A stretch of DNA of 64,000 nt from Octopus vulgaris (GCA_951406725.2 OX597814.1:121086001-121150000); one strand, 5' to 3'. Numbered from the stretch's first letter, positions 43,351 through 57,713 are shown. Numbers and translations are program-made. Notes: generated by a model from the sequence alone, not told the origin.

Positions 43351-46300
43351 TTGGTTTAATTTTCTGTTTTACACTCTCTAAAGATATACTTGCGTTTATA
43401 GCAATGAATTTCTTATTCAAGGTAATTAATAATGATCTAGTATCTCAATACAGTTAAAACTTTGTGAGTTAAGGTGAGGCACGAGCACATTATGTGCCTC
43501 TGATTTTAAAATTAACTGTTTGTTTATTTCTGCAGATTATGATGGTTCCCTTAAAACACAATATTTTGCTGACAATTTTAGGTATTTTCTGTAGTGTCAC
43601 AACTTAACTCACACATCGAAATTTTTTGAACTTGGTTCAACAGCAGGACGAAAAAAAAACGAGGACACTGGTCACATGGTATGAGAGAGACGGAGTGCTG
43701 GAGGGACTATATGTGCGTGCGTGTGTGTGTGTATTTACATGTACCTACACATGCATATATATATATAGATAGATAGAAAAATCTGATAAATATTGTTTGT
43801 TTCATTTACTTCTTATATCAAACATTCCCAAAACTTTCTAACCACTCAATAATTTAGTTTTATCTCATACTCCGCATCATTTATTTGTCTAAACGCTTGG
43901 TAACGTACGAAACAATCTGCTTAGCTTTTCTTTCCTTCCTAGCTTTTTGTTATACATTTATAGACGTTCTGAGCAAAGTTAAAACCCTTGAATTCGCGTG
44001 TATGTTTGCTTGGGACACCTATCAAAAGACGAAAACATGTCGTTGTTTTCCCAATAAACTTAATTCCATGTGTTATTAGAACAACATCTGCAGGAAGTTT
44101 AATAGGATCTTTACTGCTTTATTCATAAAGAGAATATTATGTTAATTTATCAGATGCTAATCGCCCCTACAATTCTGAGCAACTTGATTTAAAGAAAACT
44201 TTTAACACATGATAATATAATTTTACTTAAATAATTTTACAGTAAATCAAACAGAATAAAATATACTTACGCACAGCCTTCTCAATATGGTGCTATCTTA
44301 TGAATCTAAATTATTTGGCAGAGAGAATACATTCATTATACAAGCTCTTGTTAATTTTACGACATGTATGTAGAGAAGAATTTAATCTCATTTGAATACG
44401 AAAATATCAATTTGAATTCAACTAAATGTAATGTGATGTATTTGTTCGGATGGAAAAACAGAACTTCCTGGATTATAAATATTTTCAACTAAGCAAATGA
44501 ATGAGACGCGCGTGTAAATAAACATTGGTTAGTATTTGAGAGTAATTAATTGCTTGGCAAGTAGTTTTAGATTTCATGACAAAAATCTTGTAAAATATTT
44601 AACAAGAAACACATAACACTGCATTCACTTACGTCTTCTTTCGTAAGTAATATCGTCCGTCGAAGTTTTTTCACCTTTTATCGTATTCGGTACTGTTAAG
44701 TAATATAAGGAATGTGAATGTAATGTGAAATGGTCTATTTGATGACTATCATTATTCCTCAACAATATTATTGTTCCTGCTTTATTATCACTTCATAAAT
44801 TGTTTTAGTATTTAAACCATCCATACCAAAATCGGCTCTGGCCTCTTACACCTATTCTACAATGCCATTCTAAATATAAACAACATCGTCGAAATCTCGA
44901 TGCTACGAGATAATACCCGAATGATTTTTTTTTATGTTTTACATTTTACAGCGTGATCTGAATGCAAAAGTGTTAGTAAACGTTCTAGATGTTTCGTTTT
45001 GGGATTTGGTTTGCAAGATTATTTATATGAGTTTGTGTATTGAAGCATATTCTGTTATATCTTGGGTGAGTCATTTTCTTTTTGTGCCTTATAATTTAAC
45101 ACACTCCCCGGTAAAATTTCCACTTATTTCTTATTTTTATTTTGCTTAAATTTTCGTTGCGTCTTGCAACATTTTCAATAGTCTTCACTCTAGATGTTAT
45201 CATTGGTAAATAACTTTTAACCTAATTCCTTCTGAATGGGTTCATTTCCATAATGATTTTTCCATTCGCTATTATGCTTCACATCATAAAATAAGTTCTA
45301 ATCTCGATATCAAAGTCTTGAATGTCGGTACTATGTATAAACGGTAAACAAAATATGCGTATCTACTGGGAGTCTACACAGAAACAAACACATGCATATT
45401 TACTGCAACAGCTATAAAATAATAATTCTTGTATAATTATTATTACTAATTGCTTCACGAATAAACACATGAGTCTGAGAAATTTCTCATATTCTTCACT
45501 GCAAGTACAACTAAAATTCAATTATATTTCAAAGTGGTATTTCATTTCTATTTCGTTTTAACATTTCTTTTTCCTTTGAAAATTGAATTATCATGGGATA
45601 CATCACATTAGTAAATATTGGAGATGTGATTAAAAACTGGAATCGTTTTTGGCATTTATTCAAGTATTTTGAATCAAGAGATTACAATTTATATTGCACT
45701 GTCTGCATAAAATTATACATCAATATTCCTCAATTGTTTAATTAATTACAGTTTATGTTACTACATTTGAAACTTTTTCTTATTTTAATGTAATAACGAA
45801 TAAGAAACATAAATATCTGAATGATTTGCTTGTCTTTTTTTCCACACAATCCTCATTTCTAATAGCTTTATATGATGTGACATTTTCTTGTATATTTTCA
45901 TATCTCTACAGATGACTTACTTCACTGTCAGAATTAAAGATTTGAAACATAAATAACATAGCAACTGTCAGTAAATACTAAACAGCTAAAACAATGAGAT
46001 AGAAACTCAATGTGTTTCACTTAATATGGTATTTCAGAATATTTAATCAGGCACGGATTATTAAATTCACACATTGTTTTCTTTTGGCTGGACATATACA
46101 GAAATTAAATTATCATTTCAACCGTCACGGCGCAATGACCTTTAGAAGAAATGAGGATATCACAAAATTGAAGGAGAACATATCTTAATTTTCATCTTTA
46201 TTTGTTCTCTGAATAATATTTGTATGCTTGAAATATTTATATATTCTTTTGTTTTTTTCCCCCTCTCTTTATGTATGTATGTATGGAAGTATCTATGTAT

Positions 46301-47241
46301 CTATGTATCTATATAACTATTATGTCTATTTGTGAGTTTTCACCCCTCTCTCTCTCTCTTTCTTTTTCTCTTTCTCTCTCGCTTTTATTATTATTATACC
46401 AGCCTACTTATTTCTAATCACTTTTGCATATTACATATTAATAGCTACATTGTTAATTTTTAAAACATATTCGCGTTCTCGGTTAACTTATATAAATATA
46501 TAACAGAAATCAGAATAAAACAATTGAGACAGCCTGCCAGGACAGAAATCCAAATATAGGTCTTCTTAATTAGTCATGCATGACAGAAGTTATTGTCCGT
46601 TAGTTTGGCATCACGGCCAACATATGAAGCATTCGTGCACAAAATCTATGTCAGTAGTTTGTGAGTTAAATTTAACCAAAATATTTAAGCCTGATCGGCT
46701 ATGCCAGAATAGGGAACGCAACAAAACTGCATAACTAGTTTTTGGGAAGGCAATATTTCAAACTGATTAAATAAGAGAAATTACGATAAGTAATTTTGTT
46801 TAAAGGTCATTACACCATGATGTTTGAGATGATAATAATTTCATTTCTCTAAGTGTTCAACCAAAAGTAAACTATCTGTGAATTTAATAACCCATGAGTG
46901 ATTAAATCCGAAATGTCATAACAAATAAATTTCATTGAGTTTATATCTATCGTTGATGAATTTCAGTATTTGCGCAAGGTTTCTATGATATTTATCTTTT
47001 AAATCTCACATTTTGACGGTGAAATTACTCAACTGTAGAGATATGAAAATAAATGAGAAAATGTCACGTTATAAAAAAGTAAATATTACAAACGAGGATG
47101 ATGTGAGAAAACAGAAGGAATTCATTTGAATATTTACGCCTCTTATTTGTTGCTACATGTTCCTGTAATATATATGTATACATACAAGCGCACGCACATA
47201 TACAGACGTAAATGTTATAGATGTGTGTATATTTATATATA

Positions 47242-48224
47242 CAGGGTGCGATGGGTAAATTGTCACCATTTTATATTTTTAATTTCGCGTATGTGCATTG
47301 TCTGATTAAAATTTTGTGGATTACACAGTGTTGTAGGGTGAGGTAAGCACCGTCTGCGAGAAACAGAGCAATATGACGCAATTCACGCTGCCAGAAATTT
47401 GTAAACGACATACCGTACAGGTTGGCATTCACGCTGGAAGCTCCAATACAAACGTTTCAGAGTGTGTGCGGGTGAATCTGTGGATATGTACCGAGAGTGA
47501 TAAAAATCAAACATCCAGGCGACACTAGAGTGTTTGGAGTGATCACTAGTGATGGTGACGTTATGCATCTAATTATCTTCCCACACGATCTCAGGCTCCA
47601 CTACCGAGAGGAGGAAAAGTGCTGCACTGGGTCTAAAGGATGGCTACTGGAAGAACCTATGTCTGGCAACAGGACTCTGCACCACGCCACACAAGCAAGA
47701 GAACCTAGTCATGGCTATCAGACAATTTCTGTGACCACATCACCCATAACATCTGGCCAACTAACTTCCCAGATTGCAAGATCTTTCATTATTATATATG
47801 AGGTGCAGTTGAGCGAGAGAGCAACAAATCTACTTATAAAACCAAAGATGAACTAACTTGAAGGCAAGAATTATAGCAGCATTAAGTTTACCGTCCAGAA
47901 AAGTTGCAGGAGATTCCGAAGTAGCCGGGAGACCGTGGTTGAAGCCAAAGGCGATTTTATTGAATAAATTTACTTATGAGCATTTCAAAATATCTTTATA
48001 TAATTTTGGTAAATATTAGGTTGTCCCAAAAGTTCGTAAACACTTGCGAAAATTGAATTTTTACTCGACAAGTACTAACAAAAACAACAAAAATTATTCC
48101 TCAAAATAAAGACATTCATGTTTACGAACTTTTGGGACAACCTTATATATCTTTTAAAATGGAATGTGAGTGTTATTTTCATTTTTGCGTAATTTAGACG
48201 ACAGTCAATTCACCACAGCTAGTA
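47242..48224 (+). mobile_element. Decayed Tc1/mariner-superfamily (maT-like) transposon with transposase pseudogene at about 47490-47967
   Basis: TA|CAGGGTG terminus; KHP...VFGVITSDGDVM, YVWQQDSAPRH, IWPTNFPDC (WPPNSPD-like), VVEAKGDFIE*. Confidence 0.85.
48018..48143. mobile_element. Small MITE with perfect 25-bp TIRs nested in the mariner 3' region
   Basis: aggttgtcccaaaagttcgtaaaca / tgtttacgaacttttgggacaacct in TA-rich flanks. Confidence 0.85.
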
Positions 48225-48246
48225 TATGTATATGTATATGTATATG

Positions 48247-48301
<55 letters not shown>

Positions 48302-48352
48302 GGGAAGCTTTATGAAAATAGACAAAAGACGAAGGCAGGTGGAAAACAAACA

Positions 48353-48395
<43 letters not shown>

Positions 48396-48608
48396 TACAT
48401 ACATACATACATACATACATAATACATACATACATAATACATACATACATAAATACATACATACATATATATTTATATATATAAACGTATATATATATAT
48501 ATATATGCATGTATGTATATGAGTGTGTGTATATATATATATATATATATAAATATTTTATAATTATAAACATAATTATAATTAGGTTTCAGCTAATTGC
48601 CTCACCAC

Positions 48609-48814
48609 ATACCAAATTTAGAAATAGGAGTTAAAATTCCTTTTCTACTACTATATGAATTTCCATGACGGTTACGTAATTTTTTATGAAGGCAAAGAGA
48701 AAAACAATGAATCAATGAATCCTGGTCGTGTTGATTCATTAGTTTTCTCTTTGCCTTCGTAAAAAATTATAGTAGTAGAAAAGTAATTTTAACTCCTATT
48801 TATAAATTCGGTAT
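48609..48814. repeat. Long imperfect fold-back
   Basis: Outer arms aaataggagttaaaatt.cttttctactactata and inner arms taattttttatgaaggcaaagagaaaa..aatgaatcaa pair with their complements around a 15-nt loop. Confidence 0.85.
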
Positions 48815-49072
48815 ATATGTATATACATATGCATATGTGGGCACTGGACGTCACAGAACGCAAACACCAAATAAGAAAACAACATAAAATTCGAAACACG
48901 AATACATTGAATATGAAATTTTTGGCGAACAACGAAAGAAACAAATGGAAAAGAAGACAGTCAACATATTTACAAGCACACATACATATATACACATACA
49001 TACATACATACATACATACATACATACATACATACATACATACATACATACAAGCATATGTATATGTGTGTA

Positions 49073-49143
<71 letters not shown>

Positions 49144-49271
49144 CCCAAAAATAAGCAACAAGAATGGATGGTTATAATCACCCCACATAATTTTATGGGT
49201 AATACCATAAAAAATTCTGGTGCATCTAAATTAAGTATCATATTCATTTGAATCTAAATTGTTTTGCTGAA

Positions 49272-49344
<73 letters not shown>

Positions 49345-51478
49345 TTATAAAGGCAGCGAGAGGGAGTTAAAGCCAAATTCCAACGTGTTGAATGGCCGAT
49401 GAAGAAGTATGTTTCTTCTCCCCATCTTACATTTTTTCAATATACTAAATACCTTGGGTTATAAATTCATGTAGGTAGATGATGGTAAATATATATTATA
49501 TGAAGGTAAATATTTTATGATATTTTTTCTTAAAACATGGTATATACAACTGAAGATCGGAAAATATGCTTCTAAATTAACTTGGATGTTTTGTTATTTC
49601 AACTTGTTACAAAATAATACAAATTATGTTCATATTTATATCACAGTATTTTTGCTGAAATTTTTTATCGGCGCGAGAAAAATTTAATAATGAAGAGGTG
49701 TCTGTATGTCATTATATATGTCTATATGTCTGTATAATTACTTTTTCATTACACATTTAAAGAAAATTTAAATATCTGCATTTGAAATTGCGGATCGATA
49801 ATTGCATATACCTATATCTCTTTTAACACATTCAGGTTTTTAAATTGCGACAACTTCATAGCAATTTAATCGCCTAAGCAAGATCACAACTGATTTTATT
49901 CTCACAATTGTTTTGGTACAGCTTGTCATCAACATTTTCTGTTTCTACAGTGTACATTCGCCAATATTTCTTTCTGATTGTATGTAACTAACTCAAATGT
50001 GAATATTTTTATAATAAATATAATATTTAACAGGAATGATGCGTGTTGAACTTTTTGTATAAATGCGTTTAAAGAGGCACTGTATTTCTTTTCATCAAAT
50101 GAAAACCTAAATATATTTCGCGTTTTGGAGGGTTATTTTATCGTAATATTGAGACATTATTTTTCAATTAGATTGCCTTCAAAGGAAAATCACTTCCATT
50201 GGCATTTCTCGGTCTTCATTAAACAATAAACGGGTTAAAGCAAGAAGGCGTACGAAAACGTTCATACATACAAATAGAATTTCATTCAGCTTTCCTATGA
50301 AGAGGAGAGTAGTCCGAAACAATGTTTCACACAATTCACTGAGGAAAAGCAAACAAGCTATGTGTGAATGGCTGCTTGGCGTGACGAAACTAATTAATTT
50401 CTATACAATGCTTTGTTTTTAATTCTTATTTTTAAATCTCTGTATGCATCTGGATAAAATTGTGTGACGATTTCTTATATGATTGTAATTCGGTATTTTA
50501 AGCTAAATGTACCAAGTTATATTTGAGTTTGACATTAAATCTCATGTAGGAATGAGATTTATTATTTATCAGATCTATACTATAATATTCGTTCTGATAT
50601 TAAAGTTTGCAAGACACTGAAAGTTAAGTGTAGATGAAATCATATAGTCTCTCTGAAGCCCCTCTGAAGATCACTGAACATACTTGGAAACTGTTTAAGA
50701 TATAAACTCTCACAACCACTATTATTATTATTAATATTATTATTATTATGGTTGTTGTTGTTTTTGTTATTATTCATCTGAATACTTTGGTGCAAATAAA
50801 GACAGATAAAAACTGGGTAGATTTCTCTAAAATCTACAAGCTATTGTATTAAATAATGTGCAGTGATATGTAAAAGTAATCACGTGGGAATTTTTCTTTG
50901 CATAATTTACTGCATCTGTTAGGAGTGATAAGAAAATGTGCGGATAATAATTTTGTGTGATAAATTAGGTAAAAGTATAATTTTCCTTCTTTTTAGTCAT
51001 ATAAACCCATAATGATTAAATTTCAAATATTTTATTCCGTAAACGAATCATTATTGTGGCTTTTGAATTATGCTGTTAATTATGTACTTCGTCAGATCAC
51101 ATGTAATAATTTTTATATTTCAATTAATTAGTGTAAGTGTACGCCAGCAATAAAATTAATTTGTTTGTCCTTAAATGTGTTCTGTTAGATCTATTGCTAA
51201 AATTTCCGCTCTATCATTATTTGGAAATGGTTGCTATTTGCGTGTATTAATTGTTGATAATAGACTGCGATCGCGCTTAGTCTCTGAATCCAATAAAACA
51301 GTTTTGAACTCTTTCCCTTCTCAGATACTTTGTGTTTTCCATTTGTTTCTTTCATTTTTCGCAAAAAAATTTCATATTCCATGTATTTGTGTTTCGTATT
51401 TCATGTTGTTTTCGTATTTTATGCTGTTTGCGTTCTGTGACGTCCAGTGCCCACATATGCATATGTATATACATATAT
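48811..51478. repeat. Pair of inverted ~145-bp repeat copies (48811-48955 and 51335-51478)
   Basis: tgtgggcactggacgtcacagaacgcaaac and its reverse complement; terminus resembles the 23 kb/59 kb family end. Confidence 0.8.
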
Positions 51479-51801
51479 ATTTGTATGTACATGTATGAAT
51501 GTATATATGCATATATATTATTTATATCATATATACATATATGTGTGTGTGTGTGTGTGTGTGAGCTAATTCGGCTCACGATCGTCAGCTCAGCTCGTGA
51601 GTTCAATTCCCGGCGACGCGTTGTGTGCTTCAGTAAGACACTTAATTAAAAAAAGGAACAGCATGTTAGTGATATATGAGAATTGTGTAATATTGCAATT
51701 GCCCTTTCAAATAAATGAAAGCGATAACTTTACTTAAAACGAACGTATGAGTCATAATTTCAGTTTTGCGATATGAAGGATTATCGATTTTAGTTAATGT
51801 C

Positions 51802-51918
<117 letters not shown>

Positions 51919-52621
51919 TTTTTTTATATATATATATATACAAGCATAATGTATTAATTCTAGTATTGTTGGTCTTTTAATATCTACTCATTTGTATCAG
52001 AATTAATAGACAGAAGTATACAACGATCATATATGTTTGTAGCTAAACCGGTACACTCAGAGAGATAGCTGGTGAAAAGACTCAATAACATAATTCCCTT
52101 CATTCTAAAACATAATACGATGGACATACATATATAAACAGGTCTTCAAATGTTCAGAGAAACGGAGAATTGTACATCACTCTTTAACATAGCAGGTTAC
52201 ATCGCTTTATGGATGGATCTTTCCTCTGTCATTTCTGCTAGAAACAAATGCGATTTTATAAAGGTGTGTTGCAACTAACTCTACTTGACACAATAACATC
52301 ATCCATAAAGTATCAAATGAGAAATGTCTTTTCTCTTACTGCAACATTACCATGTAATATGCAATCTCTACTTCAAAAGCAAAGCAATCGTGCTAATTCA
52401 AAATGGAAGTAGAAATTTGCACAATACATATTGTAGGGCACAATACAGATCGCTAGCGATAGAAAACAAGTGTACTTATATAAATCAAATGTCCATATGC
52501 TACGATGTGTCCTAGTAAATATCGCAGCAGTTTGAGTTCTGAAGCCAAGATCTACATTTTAAGTGGTCATAAATATTACCTTTGGTATTAATAGCAATAA
52601 CAAATATGTATGTGTGTATAA

Positions 52622-53053
52622 GGCGGCGAGCTGGCAGAAACGTTACAACGCCGGGCGAAAAGATTAGCGGTGTTTCGTCTGCCGCTACGTTCTGAGTTCA
52701 ATTTCCGCCGAGGTCGACATTGCATTCCATTCTTTCGGGTAGATAAATTAAGTACCAGTTACGCACTGGGGTCGATGTAATCGACTTAATCCCTTTGTTT
52801 GTCCTTGTTTGCCCCCTCTGTGTTTAGCCTCTTGTGAGCTATAAAGAAATACGAAACGCTACAACGCCGGGCGAAAACATTGGCGGTGTTTCGTCTGTCT
52901 TTACATTCTCAGTTCAAATTCAATCGAAGTCGACTTAACCTTTCATATTTTTAGAGTCGATAAGTTAAGTACGAGTTGCGCACTATGGTCCATCTGATCG
53001 ATTGGCCCCCTCTTCAAAATGATCGGGCCGTGTACCTAGAGTAGAAAAGAATA
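52622..53053 (+). mobile_element. Two head-to-tail SINE family A units (tail 1, then 5'-truncated tail 2)
   Basis: Second unit restarts at gaaacgctacaacgccgggcgaaaa. Confidence 0.9.
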
Positions 53054-53056
53054 TAC

Positions 53057-53113
<57 letters not shown>

Positions 53114-53357
53114 GTCACTAGTTTACTGATATATAAACAAGACTTTTTTAGGGTCTTCATATATTTTGAAAGATACAAGCGTGCACGCGCGCGTGTGTAT
53201 CCTGGTGCGTGTTCGTGTGTTCGTGTGTCTCTCTGCATTTATGTATAAATATATGTATGCCCCTATTAGATTGCGATATTTAAATATATTACGATTTTAA
53301 TAAAATATTTCAAATGTCGATAAGATGCTAATGCATTGAAATATACACACACATATG

Positions 53358-53389
<32 letters not shown>

Positions 53390-53430
53390 CATACACACAC
53401 ACACACATATATACATATATATATATACAT

Positions 53431-53469
<39 letters not shown>

Positions 53470-53531
53470 CATACGCACACAAACATATACATATATATAA
53501 AAATATATATTTAAATGTATATATATATATG

Positions 53532-53594
<63 letters not shown>

Positions 53595-54511
53595 GCACAC
53601 ACACACACATATATATTTCAAAGAGCATTGTTTATCATTTCGGACATAATTTTATGTTCAGATTAAATTTAGTTGTATGTAGTCACGCAATATTTGAGAA
53701 ATATAACTAATAAATTATTTATATGTGGAATTATTGCGTAGGTCAACTTTTCTGAAATTATCTTTTGTTGGCGTTAAAGAAAAGAAATGGAAGAATTATT
53801 GTCCTGGTTGTTAAATGCAAATATATATTTTTTTCTTCTCTTGCCGGATTCGCTAATAGCTATTTGAAAGTAAATTTATCGTATAATTATGCAGAAAAAT
53901 ATTTGCTTCGTAATTATTTTTATAACCTCGTATGTCTTTTTTTTTGAAAAATTATTATTATCGTTGTTGTTTTTTCTCGTTTTATTGTTGTAGTAGTGGT
54001 AGCAGTAGTAGCAGTAGTAGTAGCAATATTATGATTGTTGTGATTATCTGTATTAGAATATGTTTGATTTCGTTTTATGTTAAATTCGAGTCAGTATTGT
54101 TTTCCGACTTTATAGTCATTTTGAAAGAGATTTATTTCAGAAGACTTTGAATTAAAAAAAATTATAAATATATATGAAATAATAAATACGCATACACACA
54201 CAAACATACACACACACATACACACACACATATAGATATATATACACATACAGACGCGGGCACGTACAAACGCACATATATACACAAATATTTTATTAGC
54301 TGGTATTAGATGAAAAAGTGAATATTATTATATAAGTTTATTTAATAAAGATTTGGTAAGTTTAAATTAATACGACTATGATAGCTTTGACAAAGACAGT
54401 TGATGTGAAACAATACGTGCAGGTGTTCTAGGGATGACAGAATCTGAAATGAGGACGACATGATGAAGGAACTCGTTGCTAAATATACATGGTTTCTATT
54501 TCAATACTACA

Positions 54512-54722
54512 CTTTTACTCTTTTACTCTATTACTTGTATCAGTCATTTGAGTGCGCCCATGCTGGAGCACCGCCTTTAGTCGAGCAATTCGATCCCAGG
54601 ACTTATTCTTTGTAAGCCTAGTACTTATACTATCTGTCTCTTTTGCCGAACCGCTAAGTTACGGGGACGTAAAAGCACCAGCATCCGTTATCAAGCGAGG
54701 TTGGGGGACAAACACAGACACA

Positions 54723-54784
<62 letters not shown>

Positions 54785-54862
54785 CGGTGGGGCTTCTTTC
54801 AGTTTCCGTCTACCAAATCCACTCAAAGCTTTGGTCGGCCCAAGGCTATAGTAGAAGACGCT
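54512..54862 (-). mobile_element. SINE family B, 5'-truncated
   Basis: atgctggagcaccgcctttagtcgagc tail; internal (CA)n(TA)n. Confidence 0.85.
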
Positions 54863-56061
54863 TAGAAGATTTGATAAATTTTCTTAACTGGGCAGCAGGT
54901 GCTACCTTTAAAGTCAGTCCTTCAATATATTACCAGCTATCTTGTATCCATATTCAAGAAGGTACATTTAGTATATCCAGAGTTTTTGCCCTTTTTCTTG
55001 GTAAGACAAAGGAAACATATCTTTGTCTCTTCGCATATTTGTTGCAGCTGAAACCGCAACTTAATCCAACATATTTATTGACAGACTTTGAAATAGGAGC
55101 TCAGAAAAATTTTGTTTCCAGAAGTAACAATAAGTTCATATCTCTTTCATTTTTCTAAGTCTATTTTTAACACAATCTGTGACATGGGGTTAAGAAAACA
55201 GTATAGAGAAGATGAATTATTCAATTTCAAAATTAGATGTTTATCCACATTATTATTTCTTTCTTTAATTGACGTTGTCGACCGTTTGATTGAGTTGTCC
55301 GATGACTGTGACTTGCCTCCAGAATTTACCGCCTATTCTTTTTTTAATGACATACATTGAGCAAGCAAGAGGCCAGAGAGGGATAATGATGCAGCCATTT
55401 TTTTCCTATTGAGTTTTGGAATGATCGAAGAAGGGTTATTAATCAGTTATCTAGATCTAATAACAGCTTAGAGGGATTGCACAATGATTTGCAATATTCT
55501 TTATCGTGTCAACACCCCTGTATTTGGAAACTGACTGAGACACTAAAAAAGGAGTAGCCTATTGCCTAAAAAAAAGAAAGGGGGGGTTGAAAGAGGAATT
55601 CTAGTAGGCAAAAGAATAAAACTGTAACTAAGAGAATCATGGCTTTATTAGATAAATATACTCCTGAAAACAAGATCAATTTCTTGAAAGAAACAGCTCA
55701 CACCTTTTGATTTATTTGTGAAACTACATTTTTTTTTATATCTTGCTATATTTAATTTTGAAATTTTGTTAATCGGTTTTCATTTTTTAAACAAAAATAA
55801 ACTTGTAAATTTTATTTCTTTTAGTGTTTCTTTAAATATTTATTATTACCTATTCTTATGTTATAAAATGTGTTTATTTACAATTAGCTTTGATAATCAA
55901 CTGTTTCAAATAAACATAAAATACACCTAAAAAAAGATCGATAAATTTCAAAATAATACAAGGACACAACTCTCCATGGGTGCATTTGTCTAGAGACGCA
56001 CATGTCCAGGGACACAATTGTCTAGGGATGAAAATTTCCAGTATGCACCTGCCCTAGAACC
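54863..56061 (+). mobile_element. MULE/Mutator transposon 3' portion with frameshifted transposase
   Basis: W..ATFKVSP..YQL..IH, VFAL..KTKETY..LF, TDFE, FP....S.LFHF, RSNNSLEGLHN, HPCIWKL; ~15-bp subterminal repeats at 55961-56061. Confidence 0.85.
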
Positions 56062-56132
56062 ATATGCATGAATTTATGTATATAAATATGTATATCTATC
56101 TATCTGGCTATATATATATATACACACACACA

Positions 56133-56172
<40 letters not shown>

Positions 56173-56465
56173 TATGTTTGTGTGTGTGTATGTGTGTGTG
56201 TGTGTGTGTGGTGTGTGTTAAAGAAAGGTGCTGCATAAGGCCGGAACAATACGAGAAGGTACAAAGTAAACTTCAAAATGAAAATAAAGCATTTCAATAT
56301 TTTGGGTGAAAACCCCTTCTCCAGGATATTTCTAGTTGGAAAAGGTCGTTGTTGAGATGGGGGGGCAGGGGAAGAAGATGGGAAGTGATATGTGCAGACT
56401 GGTGTTGCTATAGCAACCAGTCTGCTTCGTGTAGTTCTATCCTATCGTTTATGGCTTGTCTCAAA

Positions 56466-56873
56466 TCTTTATATATAAAAGTGATGTTGTGTGCTGTCTG
56501 TCTCCTACGATTTAGATTCCCAACTACTCCCACATTTTGCGGTGCAGTTTAACCAAAACCGGGTATCTTATAGTCGTGATTCATATCGAGCCCTTCTGGG
56601 TATTAGTGCGCGTGTACGATGAGTCTACGATTTAAAAAAAAACATTTACCATCANNNNNNNNNNNNNNNNNNNNNNNNNNNNNNNNNNNNNNNNNNNNNN
56701 NNNNNNNNNNNNNNNNNNNNNNNNNNNNNNNNNNNNNNNNNNNNNNNNNNNNNNGTCTACGATTTAAAAAAACATTTACCATCATATTGAGATGGCTATT
56801 ATTCTTTACATCTCTAAACATGCTTATAGTTATTTCCCTTACAAACCCGAGCAACGCCGGGCGATACTGCTAG
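56466..56873 (+). mobile_element. Non-autonomous Helitron
   Basis: A|TCTTTATATATAAAA start, subterminal hairpin cccg-agcaacgc-cggg, CTAG|T end, no TSD. Confidence 0.85.
56655..56754. other. Assembly gap (100 N)
   Basis: N run read directly. Confidence 1.
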
Positions 56874-57713
56874 TTATTTATGATTCTGTGATTGCTCGTG
56901 TGATTGGCACTTTCTTAGGTGTTTCTTTATTGAAATGTCCGTGTGCATATGCTCCTTTAATTGGATGTGTAATTTCCTAGTGATGCTCCCTATGTAGAAT
57001 GCTCCACATTTATTGCAGACCACCTCGTATACTATATATATGCCCTCGAGCATGTTTTGAGGTCGTTGATAGGGCAGTTGGTGAGTATGCACCCACACTG
57101 CTCTCTGTGGTATTTTACCTTGACAGAATTCGTACATTAAGAATCAGCCCTGCCCACCTGAGCCAAAGCCACATATATACATACAGAGCGATATCACACG
57201 TATAGGAGACAGATGCAGCAAAGTAACCGACAAAACTAGCAATACCTAGCGGTTCTTCCGGAAATTGACACACAGTGGTTACTCGCCATCTGTAGCTAAT
57301 CAACTGCATCCACGAAACACGAAAATGGCTAAACAACCAGAGAAAGCCCATAACACCAAGTGCTTCCTTAAACTGCCATGCTTCGACGATGCAACACCTG
57401 CAACTATTCAACATGTCATCCACATGGTAGGACTTAACAACAAAAATCGATTCCAGGTGAGAATGCGATCGATAAAGCCTTTCTCGCAGTAAACAACCTT
57501 ATCATTACTGGTACTTTAAACACTTTGGTTGCACATATGTGTGAATAAAATCGTTTTGGAATAGAAAAAAAGTCTATCTTTATTTCTTCTTTGCTGGTGT
57601 CTCAAATGTAGGTTAAATCAGTGTTTCTCAAAGGAGAGGCCTACAGGACGGTCGAATAAGTTGTTTTGAGAAAATTTGATTTAAATGTTTCATAACTCAT
57701 ATAAAATATATGT

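Larger units (their letters stand above)
56409..57437 (-). pseudogene. Penelope-like element remnant (GIY-YIG endonuclease), split by a Helitron
   Basis: IVYEVVCNKCGAFYIGSITRKLHIQLKEH at about 56945-57040; removing 56466-56873 restores IINNLRQAINDRIEL..*. Confidence 0.8.

Noticed and set aside
50297-50700. Two hammerhead-like strings (ATGAAGAgga..tccGAAA at 50297; CTGAAGA..GAAA at 50664)
   Set aside because: The first lacks C3 and stem I; the second lacks convincing stems II and III.
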